A stretch of 40,542 bases of DNA from NCBI GenBank assembly GCA_051942205.1, contig JAVECO010000078.1:62001-102542 (forward strand), given 5' to 3'. Shown here one piece after another: positions 11,485 through 21,890 of this stretch. The translations under genes were made by a program, and so were the position numbers. This DNA comes from Coniocarpon cinnabarinum. Taxonomy: Eukaryota. The notes beneath the pieces were generated by a model. It was not told the DNA's origin and searched no databases. It saw only the letters and a program-made list of their open reading frames with translations. Position 1 is the stretch's first letter; every line of letters begins with the position of its first letter.

Positions 11485-12992
11485 ACCAGCACTGATGGGC
11501 CCATGCAACGAGTGATCAGACACATTGGAAGCCTCCCCGTCCCTCAAAACTTGAGCAACGAAAGCTACTCTAGCCCAGCAGGCACGTCCGCACTCTCTTC
11601 CTGCGCTAGACGACTGTCACGTCGAACGTAACAGTATTAGAACATTATATCAGGTGACCTCTACACCTGCCAGCGGATGTTTCGCCGCTGCTTCATGTGA
11701 ATTGCAGCTCTCTTGCACCACGCGAAAGAAACGCACATCTTTGAGTTGTCACATCCCCTCCCATGATGTGCCAATCAGTCAACGTGCGGAGATTAAGGCT
11801 TGTCTACCCAAGCGGCTCTTAGGCATCCTGCAAAGGCCGCAATGGGTGATGGCTTTGGTGCCCGTAGTTATGGTGCTAGCAGTACTCGACGATCTGTTAT
11901 GGCGCTTGAAACATGGTGCAGTACAAGTCCTGATACGGCCTTTCAGCATTGGGATTTTGGTCTCGTTGCGCTAACCCAAGGGCCGGACCGTGTGGCATCT
12001 CAAGGACTCAGACTCATATCAACGTGTTGTAAAGTGTTTAGAGCACAGCAGACACCTCGAGTCACGTTCGATGTCCGATCATGTCACTGCTTTATCGTGA
12101 TAGTTGCCCTGGCGTATCACAGGGTTCCTGCAGAATCACCATGCAAAGCCATATACCAGTTCGTCAATGCAAGCGCCGCGCGCAGCTGGTGAGCGATGTC
12201 CTCTTCGTAACAACCTATGTCCTAAAGGTACCAAGCCGCAGCCAGTAGATACCCGCGAAGCGGCCAGACTGCACTGCTCATCAAAACCTAGTCAGGGCAT
12301 GTGTCAAGTGTTCGCTGTCAGGGCATCGTCGAAATTGTGAAACAGCACGACAATGGGATCAGGAAGGCACTGGGCGAAAGACAAGGATCCTTAGAAACCA
12401 GTTCGTCCGTACAAAATTGCCTGATTTATACCTACCATTGCCGCATGTCACGGTCACGTGCCCAGCCTCTCACTCTCGCTCCATTCATCTCCTGCGTCCT
12501 CCATGGATCCAAGGCTAGAACAGCTAGGCGCGGCTCAAATGCAGTTAGACCGCTGTTTCGCACCCGCTCATTTAACCGCACTGGGATGATGTTCGCTGCG
12601 ATGGACAGGCATTCTGCCACGACCCATGCTGAAACCTAACCTCCCAAAGCGCTTCGCACGCGCTGCCAAAAGTAACCGCATGGCCAGCGTCGATTTAGCA
12701 GCTGCTCGGCAAGCTTTGCCAGGATCTCGCAGCCTGTCATCTCCGAGAGTGTTTCCATAAGACCCTCGAGGCGAGGCCTTGCTGCTTTCTTCCTTCCAGC
12801 TCACGTCACTCTTTGCACCACGTGCTGTAGCAAGCTGCTAGAGCAGTAGTGTGTTCTTCCGTTCCTCACTGCTGGGTCAGTCTGACCGTAGTCATTCGTT
12901 TCATTCTTTTGTGCAAGATTTTCAGTCGTCGAACCCATCGGTGCCCCGCCACTTCATTTTTCACATGAGCATCAATCAGTTTCCATACAATC

Positions 12993-14546
12993 ATGAAGTT
13001 CGAGCTTTTCTTGGGTACTCTTTTCTTCGTCCTTGTCAAAGGACATGGATATATCGCGTCACCAGCCGCGCGGATGTGAGTGCAGTAGCCCAATGTCTAA
13101 TAGAGATTTTCTTCGGCTAACATGACCAACTTTAGGCCTGGACCAGCAATGTCTGTGCGTGGAAGCTGTTCTAGACACTAGAGAAATATTCAATGGAATG
13201 CTGACTCACCTTCGTGATACAGCGTGTCTGTGGACAGCAGGTTTACAGCAACCAAAACTCGGACCACTATGGCAACGTGCAGGCTGAAATGGGTATTGCC
13301 TCCGGCCAGCAAGATTACGATACAGCCAAATGCAATCTACATCTCTGCAAGGGATATCAGTATGCCGACTCTAAGGGCGATCAGCTCCACACCTACAAGG
13401 CCGGGCAGGAGATTCCAATCTCATACACTATTCATGCACCACACACAGGTTGGTTTGCCGGTTCATGGCATAAAGCCCTCGGAGATAGATGCACTAAACA
13501 GTGCAGGAATCGCAAACGTTTCTGTCGTGGATACTGCCTCGAACACAGTCATTGATCAGCCGCTAAAGAGCTGGGCCGTTTATGCCAGCAATTCAGGTAA
13601 TAATCCTGCTGACGAGGAGAATTTCACAATTACTATGGTGAGCAGCGCCCATTTTCACGACCATTTAGCAAGCAAAGCTGTCTCGATCTCCCTGCCTTTC
13701 GCCAACATGAATGTTCGGAAATCCAAGGAAGCCACGTCTTTTTCCACAACGAGGATATCGGTGTTGTTTGAACCAGTCTCACTCCACACGCGTCTCAGCG
13801 CCCTCAGTCAAGCTTGCAACAGCTTCTCTCTCTGCTTCTCGTTCTGCATTTGCAAATTTAAACCCGGCTGACCAGTCTGCATAGCCTGATCTTGGCTCAA
13901 AATGCTCACAGCCAGGCGCTTGTGTCATTCAACATTGGTGAGTCAATTTCATCTCTTCGTTAACAAGGCACGTTTAGCGTCACGTCCCCCTCGCAAAAAT
14001 CAATGACCATTTTGCTCTCCGCATCATCACAAAATTTGCTAACGGCTTGAATGTAGGTGGGACGCTACAAGGTGAGTGACAACCACCAACTTGTTCGTGG
14101 ATTGCCACAAATCTTTGCGCCAGAATTCGGGCTATTCCTTTCGACTGCATGTGGCTGACTCACAAACCTGAAGCATCAATCAAACTTACGAGGCTTGCAT
14201 TGATTTCACTATGAATGCTAGTGGTAACAGCGCCGCCGGCGGAAATTCTCCAGCACTGTCCTCGTCCTCTTCGACGCCTGTGGCTACCTCCACGTCAACG
14301 TCACATGCTGCCTCGCAGCCGACTACTTTACAAACCTCGGTGACTGCCGCAGTCGCATCCACGATTCCATCTGCATCCGCTTGTAGCACTTGTTCTACTT
14401 CTTCGGAGCCTGTGTCCACCACCAGAGCACAGACTGACGACGGCAGCGATGACGAAGATGCCGACGAGGACTGTGATGACGAACCCGACGATGCGTCGTC
14501 TGTAGACATGCCTGACGAAGAGGCGGACAGCGAATGTGAGGAGTAG
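12993..14546 (+). CDS. Secreted AA16-family LPMO-type copper oxidoreductase with Ser/Thr linker and acidic tail, ~299 aa; exons 12993-13075, 13136-13154, 13223-13448, 13507-13637, 13885-13937, 14057-14071, 14174-14546
   Basis: Signal peptide MKFELFLGTLFFVLVKG is followed by His1 (HGYIASPAARMPGPAM). Core motifs: CGQQVYSNQNSDHYGNVQ, CNLHLCKGYQYAD, IHAPHTGIANVSVVDT (second His), DLGSKCSQPGACVIQHWWDATSINQTYEACIDF (Q-x-Y axial Tyr). These match my recollection of AA16 proteins. Six GT...AG introns give 900 nt in frame. Confidence 0.9.
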
Positions 14547-14950
14547 TTCGACAGCTGTTCAACGTGACAAGACGATAGAAAGTCATGTCTTCCAGAACAC
14601 GTGAGCATCGTTCATATGAAGCTTTTCTTGCGCTGCTGTGTACCTTGAGAAAGAGCAGACATGGAGCTGGAAATTTAAATTTGACTCAAGCAATTGATCT
14701 CTTCACCCTTTCAAACGCGCCCAACACTTGCTGTAGAAAAACAATTATCATGAGCATAGGATCCTAGCAGCTGATCATGATCTTTCTGCACAGTAGAGCA
14801 TACGCATGCAAAGTACCTGACGGACCTTTCCTAGTGTTAAGCTTTGAAGATTTCGGCCACCTAGAAATAATTGTACTACAGTAGTGTAACATATGTATAT
14901 AATAAATAGTCAGGTATTACCTTAGAGGTCTTCTATAAGATAGTTGTAAT

Positions 14951-15209
14951 TGTAAGGTTCGCTCGGCGGAGGCAATAGCAATTGCACACCAGGCTAGGGA
15001 TTAGTAGCGAAAAGAATAGATTCGATTTTCTAGTATAGATATAAAATAATCTCTAGTAAGCATAAAAGGTAGATATGTCTTACTTTTATAGTGTACTGCT
15101 CCTAAGTATGCGTTATAAGCGCTACTTATCTATTTAGGCGTGCTATTTTATATAGTTATGTATATAAGTAGTTTACTAGGACGTCTTCTTCTTTTTTGCT
15201 ATCGTTACA
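14951..15209. mobile_element. Solo LTR (259 bp, TGTAAG...TTACA) with 5-bp TSD GTAAT
   Basis: GTAAT at 14946-14950 and 15210-15214, TG...CA termini, and a more RIPped inverted copy at 21635-21890. Confidence 0.88.
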
Positions 15210-15481
15210 GTAATGTAGTTTCTAAAAGATTTAGAGTCGTTCTAAAAATTTAGACCAGATTAAAACTAGACATAAGCCTTATTTAAATTAATTTTATAGT
15301 TATAATTGATTTTAAATTTATGAATAGTCTTAAGATATAGTCTAGTTTTAGAATAAAGCTTTTTCCTAGAGTATGAGTTAGATTTAAAGTTAGTTTTAGA
15401 ATCTCTAGCTTATGAATAACTATAGGCTAATTCTAATACTTGAAATACCGTAGTGCTACTGTAGTATTACCTAATAAGGTA

Positions 15482-16286
15482 CCTTAGTGTCAAGCTCTTA
15501 GGTCTCGAACTAGTTATATAATAGTAGTAATATAGCTTTGAAACTAGCTTGATACTAGCTAAATACTAGTTTAAGTACTAGTTTTAGTATTAGATCCAGC
15601 TTTAGTACTAGTTCTAATATTAAGCCTAGTTTTAGTTAAAGTTATAGTTATAGTTATAATTGCGATTACGAGATCGAGATCGAGATTAGTTTTATACTTA
15701 AAACCGTTTTAAAACAATTTTAATATAGTTTTAATATAGTTTTAATATAAGTTTTTACCCGTTTTTTAACTATCTTTTAACTTTTTTTTTAGCCGTAATT
15801 TAACTAGATAATTACTATTTCCTCTAGTAAAACCTAGAACCTCTTGAAGTTAAATATTAGTTATAAAATTTAAATTTAAATTTAAATATATTATAGTAAT
15901 ATAAAAATTCAATTTATAAATTATTAATGAACTAGGCCTATTTAGGTATATAAGACTTATACTTAAATATTTCATAAAGTAATTTTAGCTAAAAAAAAGC
16001 TAAATATTAAAAAAAAATTTAATAGAATCGCTAGTTAAAAAGTTAGGATTTTAAATTTAGAGAAAAAAAAGCTAAAAATATAATAAATACTAAGAAAAAT
16101 TTAATTATAAGTCTTAAAACTAGTCTAAAACTGGAATATATAATTATAATAGAATTATTTACTAAACTAGGTAAGGAAGTAGATCTAATAATAGAAATGA
16201 ATATTATTATAAAGCTATATAAGATTCTAAGCTAGTTTTAAGCTAGTTTTAAAACTTTGTTAAAACCTCTAAGAAGGCCCCTAAGG
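15482..16286 (+). mobile_element. Non-autonomous TA-TSD DNA element, copy A (805 bp)
   Basis: TA|CCTTAGTGTCAAGCTCTTAGG...AAGAAGGCCCCTAAGG|TA. Colinear with copies B, C and D. Confidence 0.8.
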
Positions 16287-16520
16287 TATTACAATATTTG
16301 TTACCGTACCTTATAAGTCCTATAGACAAGTTGGATACTTGATTTAGTATTACATTAGTAATAGATTCAATTTAGTATTAGTATTAGTAAAATAAGAAAA
16401 CTTAGAAAACTTTTATTTAATCTAGCCTATTAGGGCTAGTCTATTAGTATTTAAATAAATATATATATATAATACCTATTCCTACCTTAAAAAGCTAAAA
16501 ATTTGGTTTTTAGGTTACTA

Positions 16521-18628
16521 CCTTAGGGGCCTTCTTAGAGGTTTTAACAAAGTATTAAAACTATATTAAGCTACTTTTAAAGTGGATTTAAAATATTTAC
16601 AGGTTTTTAAATTAGCTAAAAACTAGCTTAAAACCTTACATAGCTCTATAGTAATATAAATCCTTATTATTAGATTTAGTTATTAATCTATTTTAGTAAT
16701 AAATTCTATTATAATTATATATTCTAGTTTTAGACTACCTTAGGGGCCCTCTTAAAGGTTTTAATAAGGTATTAAAACTATATTAAGCTAGTTTTAAAAC
16801 TAGCTTAAAACTAGCTTAAAACCTTAAAGAGCTCTATAATAAAATAATCCTTATTTTTAGATCTAGTTTAATATCTATTCTAGTAATAAATTCTATTATA
16901 ATTATATATTCTAGTTTTAGACTAGTTTTTAGACTAGATATTAAATCTATTTAGATATTTATTATATTATAGTAGTCTTTCTCTACTATTAGACTAGTTA
17001 TAAGACTAGTTATAATATTAGTTTTAATAATATTTTAGGGTTTTTAATTAAGATTAGTTATAAGATTAAGATATATACTAATTTTATTACTAATTTTAGT
17101 AGTATATTTTATATTATAACATAATTTAAGATAAATAATTATATAAAGATATTTTTACTTATAACTACCTAATTAAGAATATAGCTTTTTTTTAAAAAAT
17201 TTAAAATTCTAACTTTTTGACTAGCTATACTACTAAAAGTTTTTTTAAAAATTTAGAGTTTTTAGCTAAAATTGCTATATAAAATATTAAAATATAAGCC
17301 TTATATACTTAAATAGGCCTAGTCTCTTAATTCTTTTAAGTTAAAATTATATAATATAGATAAAGGTAATTATATAGATTTTATTATTATAACTAATATT
17401 TTTACTAATCTTAATACTAAGAGGTTTTAGGTCTTAACAGAAGAAACTATAATTATCTAGTTAAATTATAATAAAAAAAATAGTAAGAAGCTAGTTAAAT
17501 AACTATATTAAAACGATTTTAAAATTATTTTAAAGCTATTTTAAAACGATTTTAAAATTATTTTAAAGCTATTTTAAAACTATTTTAAAACTATCTTTAG
17601 TATAAAATTAAGCTTAATTTTGTCACCGCGACTATAACTATAACTATAACTTTAACTAAAACTAGATCTAATACTAAAACTAGTACTAAAACTAATACTA
17701 AGCTAGTTTTAATATAGTTTTAATATAGTTTTAAAGCTAGTTTAAAACTATATTACTACTATTATACAACTAGTTCGAAACCTAAGAGCTTGACACTAAG
17801 GTAGTTTTAAGACTTATAATTTAGATGTTTTTTAAGATTTATTATATTATAGTAGTCTAAATCTATTCTAGTACTAGTTATAAGATTATTTATAATATTA
17901 GTTTTAGTAATATATTAGGTTTTTTTTTTAAGATTAGTTATAAAATTAAGGTTTATACTAATTTTATTACTAGTTTTAGTAATATACTCTATATTTTATG
18001 TTATTATAAAAAAATCTAATTTTAGATATTTTAGGTTATAGCTATTTAATTAAAAATATAGCTTTTCTTTCTAAATTTAAATTTCTAACTTTTTAACTAG
18101 CTACGCTATTAAAAGGCTTTTTTAATATTTAGGGTTTTTAGCTGAAATTACTATATAAAATATTAGAATATAAGCTATATATATCTAAATAGGCCTAGTT
18201 TCTTAATTTTTATAAGTTAAATTTTTATACTACTATAATATATTTATATTTAAATTTAAATCTTATAGCTAATTTTTAATCTTAAGAGATTTTAGGTTTT
18301 AGTAGAATAAACGGTAATTATCTAGTTATATTATAGCTAAACAATAGTTAAAAATAGTTAAAAAACTATATTAAGACTATATTAAAACTATTTTAAAACC
18401 GTTTAAAGTATTAAACTAAGCTCGATCTTGTAATTGCAACCGTAACTCAAACTATAAATATAACTATAACTAGGTTTAATAATAAACTAGTACTAAAAAT
18501 AGATCTAATACTAAAGCTGGTACTAAAATTAATACTCAGCTAGTTTTAATATAGTTTTAATATAGTTTTAAAATTATATTACTACGATTATATAACTAGT
18601 TCGAAACCTAAGAGCTTGACACTTAAGG
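16521..18628 (-). mobile_element. Same family, copy C (~1040 bp), interrupted by copy B
   Basis: TA|CCTTAGGGGCCTTC...GAGCTTGACACTTAAGG|TA. The halves 16521-16737 and 17802-18628 rejoin into a complete unit. Confidence 0.8.
16738..17801 (-). mobile_element. Same family, copy B (1064 bp), nested in copy C at a duplicated TA
   Basis: ...TTTTAGAC TA|CCTTAGGGG...GACACTAAGG|TA GTTTT... The uninterrupted site (TTTTAGACTAGTTTT) is visible inside B itself at ~16915-16929. Confidence 0.85.
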
Positions 18629-18715
18629 TAGTGTACCTAATTAAAGAGTTAGCTTTTTAAAAAAATAATTTAGAAAGTTATAATTATACTACTTTCTTTT
18701 TTAGAAGTTTAGTTG

Positions 18716-19325
18716 CGGCATATTGCTCCTATATACAAAAAAATGTTGGTAATTACTAATATATACATCGATATATTTAGGAATTACTATAATATACGTA
18801 TATGTATATACTAGTTATAGTAGTACATTTTAAAAATATCGATATAACTATTGTATATATCTACTTACGTGTATTTTTGCGCTACTACTATATCCTTAGG
18901 TTTAAGGTATTAATACGTGTCTAGCGCGTTATTATATACGCTAGTCGCACGTACTTACGTAACGTACTAGAGGCCGTAGTATAAAATTGTAATATATCTT
19001 TTCTATATATTGATTATAAAGCAAGGTATTAAGATATTTTTTACTACATATAGCTAATATTATGTGATAATAATATAGAGAGCTTGCGTAGATTACGTGT
19101 ATGCTATACGTAACCTCTAGCGTATATATATAGCTATATATATGCCTTAAGCCTTACGCAAATATTATTGCATATAAGTAGATGTATATAATAGTTGTAT
19201 CAATATTCTCTAAATATACTACTATAACTAGTATATACGTATACGTATATTGCAGTAATTTTAAAAATATCGATGTATATATTAGTAATTACTAACATTT
19301 TTTTGTATATAGGAGCAATATGCTG
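18716..19325. mobile_element. Mutator-like foldback MITE, 610 bp, ~150-bp TIRs, 10-bp TSD
   Basis: Left GCATATTGCTCCTATATACAAAAAAATGTT... is the reverse complement of right ...AACATTTTTTTGTATATAGGAGCAATATGC. Flanks are AGTTTAGTTG (18706-18715) and AGTTTAGCTG (19326-19335). Confidence 0.88.
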
Positions 19326-20393
19326 AGTTTAGCTGTATAGTAGTTTTATATAATTTTAAGCCTATGAAATAGGTATATATATTATATATTACAAAATTTA
19401 AATGAAGTACCTAGAGTACTAAATATAACCATATTACTAATCTAATACTAAATCTAATACTAAATCTAATCTTGTTACTAGTCTAATACCAAATCTAATA
19501 CTAAATCTAACCTTAATACTAGTCTATTACTAAATTTGAATTGTATTATTACTAATTACTATTACTAACCTAGACTTAATAGGGTAAGTTACCATACTAT
19601 TACAGTATCTCGTTACCCCCCTTAGGGCCCTATAGTAAGGTATATTCAAGTTTAGAAGTAAATGTTAGACTTAATTTTATTATATAAGGTTAGGGGCTAG
19701 AATGAAAAGAAAGTTAATACTACCCTAACTTAGAATCGATCTAATATAATAATTTTTAGATGAAAAAGCTAGTAAAGAGTAAGAAGACTTATAAGCTTAG
19801 AGGTAGTTAAAATACAACCTTATATATATTTACAAGCTTTTTAAAAACGTAAAAGATTTAGCTTATTTTATATAGCCTCTCTTTTTATATAGTCTTCTTT
19901 AATCTATACTAATCTATAAGTAATCTAATATCAATCTTTTATTTAGAATCATAATAATCAACTATATTGATTACTATATTAATATCTTAAGATTAATCTT
20001 TAAATAATTTATAATTATCTTATATATTGGATGTAGCTACTATATATTATTAGTATGCTTAAAGTAACTAGATACGTTATAATAATAGGTTAGGATATAG
20101 AAATCTGATTATAAAAAAGCTTAGAATTTAGGAAATAGTAAGACTATAAAAACAATAATTATATAGAAAATAGATATAGTAAAAATTATATATATACTAA
20201 AATCTTTTTACTACTATATATCTTAAATATAAAACTTACTTTAATAACTACTATTAAATAATTTTTTATATTTGTGCTATATTCGTACTAGATTTTATAC
20301 TAGATTTTACACTATATTTTATACTGTATTTTGCATAGACTAAAAAGCTAAAATACATATTATTTTAAATCTTACTGGTAAAGATACTAAATA

Positions 20394-21365
20394 CGTTAGG
20401 GTCAAGCTCTTAGGTTTCGAACTAGCTGTATAATAGTAGTAATAGGGCTTTAAAAATAGATTAAAATTATTTTGAAACTATATTAAAAGTAGCTTAGTAT
20501 TGGATTTAGTACTAGTTTTAATACTAAATCTTGTTTTAGTACTAGGTCTAGTATTAGATCTAGTTTTAGTACTAGTTCTAGTATTGAATCTTAGTTTACT
20601 ACAGGCTCTAGTATTGAATATAGTTTGAATATAGTTTTTTAGCCGTTTTCTAAGCGTGAATCAATTAGATAGGAAATATTTCCCCTACTAAAATCTAAAA
20701 CCCTTAAAGCTAAGATTAGTTATAAAATTAATTATAATTAAAATATCTATATTCTTATCTATACTAGTAGTATATAATTTTAACTTATATAAAAAATAGA
20801 GAATAGACCTCTTTAAATGTATGTATAAGGCTTTTATTTTAGTATTTTATATAGTAATTTTAGCTAAAAAAGCTAGATTTTAAATAACTTTTTTAGTAGT
20901 ATAGAAGGTTAGATTTGTAATTTTTATAAAAGCTATAATTTTAATTAGGTAGTCAAAATTTAGATTAATTAAATCAGATATATTTATTATTATAGATTAT
21001 AATATAGACTAAACTACTAAAGCTAGTAGTAAATTTAGTGTAGACCTTGATCTTATAACTAATTTTAATATGAAAACTACTACTAAAACTATAATAAATT
21101 TTAATATAATAACTAGATTTAGAGACTAGTACTTAAACTAGTCTTAATTTTAGACTATATTATAATTCTTATAATAAAACCTAGTTTAGTATAGATTTTT
21201 ATTTTATAATAAATTTTAAGTAAACATCTACTTCTTATAAGGTTTTAATCTAGTTTTAATTTACTTTAAACTAGTCAAATAATCTAAGAATGTATTAAAA
21301 CTAGGTTTAAACTAGGTTGAAACTAGTTTAAAACTAGTTTAAAACCTCTAAGAAGGCCCCTAAAA
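20394..21365 (+). mobile_element. Same TA-TSD family, copy D (~970 bp, more diverged)
   Basis: TA|CGTTAGGGTCAAGCTCTTAGGTTTCGAACTAG...AAAACCTCTAAGAAGGCCCCTAAAA|TA. Confidence 0.78.
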
Positions 21366-21634
21366 TAGAAAACAATAGTATTAACAATTATTTAGCTACT
21401 ATAGTTTTTTAATAATATACTCTACATTTATTATAGTACTATTTATAATTTATATAATACTACCTTAATTAAATATACTATAGTCTTAATACTATTATAA
21501 GAAAATTAAGTAATTTATACTACTTTAAGTAAGTTATATACTTATTTAATTTAATAAAGTAAATTTTATTAAGTATACTATTATACTATTATACTTATTT
21601 AAGTAAGTAAAGTACTTTATTTATCTTAATAAAA

Positions 21635-21890
21635 TGTAATAGTAGTAAAAGAAGAAGACGTCTTAAGAGACTACTTATATGTATAACTATATAAATAGTA
21701 CGTCTAAATAGATAAGTAGTGTTTATAATATGTACTTAAAGATAATATATTATAAAAGTAACATATCTATACTTTATATATTTATTAAAAATTATCTTAT
21801 ATCTATACTATAAAATTAAATCTATTTTTATTATTATTAATTTTTAGCTTAGTATATAATTATTATTATTTTTACTAAATAAACCTTATA
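21635..21890. mobile_element. Heavily RIPped LTR, inverted copy of the 14951-15209 LTR family
   Basis: TGTAATAGTAG...AAGAAGAAGACGTC...AAACCTTATA aligns along its length to the reverse complement of 14951-15209. Flanks TAAAA/TAATA are an imperfect TSD. Confidence 0.8.

Larger units (their letters stand above)
15448..19640. mobile_element. Putative older TA-flanked foldback element (~650 bp once inserts are removed) hosting the nested insertions
   Basis: Ends TA|CCGTAGTG...AGTAAGG|TA. There is weak inverted similarity between 15448-15481 plus 16287-16490 and 19360-19640. Confidence 0.4.

Noticed and set aside
11654..12950. ORFs between the RINGv and AA16 genes
   Set aside because: No motifs, mostly non-ATG starts; treated as intergenic.
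15482..17801. One 2.3-kb element with ~800-bp TIRs
   Set aside because: The apparent long inverted repeat is two independent copies (A on +, B on -), each with its own termini and TA flanks.
15540..21350. Short periodic repeats as a CRISPR array or telomeric repeat
   Set aside because: Eukaryotic context, no repeat-spacer alternation and no TTAGGG array. They are internal repeats of RIPped elements.
14951..21890. The two related LTRs as ends of one retrotransposon
   Set aside because: They are in inverted orientation, the first has its own TSD, and no gag/pol lies between them.
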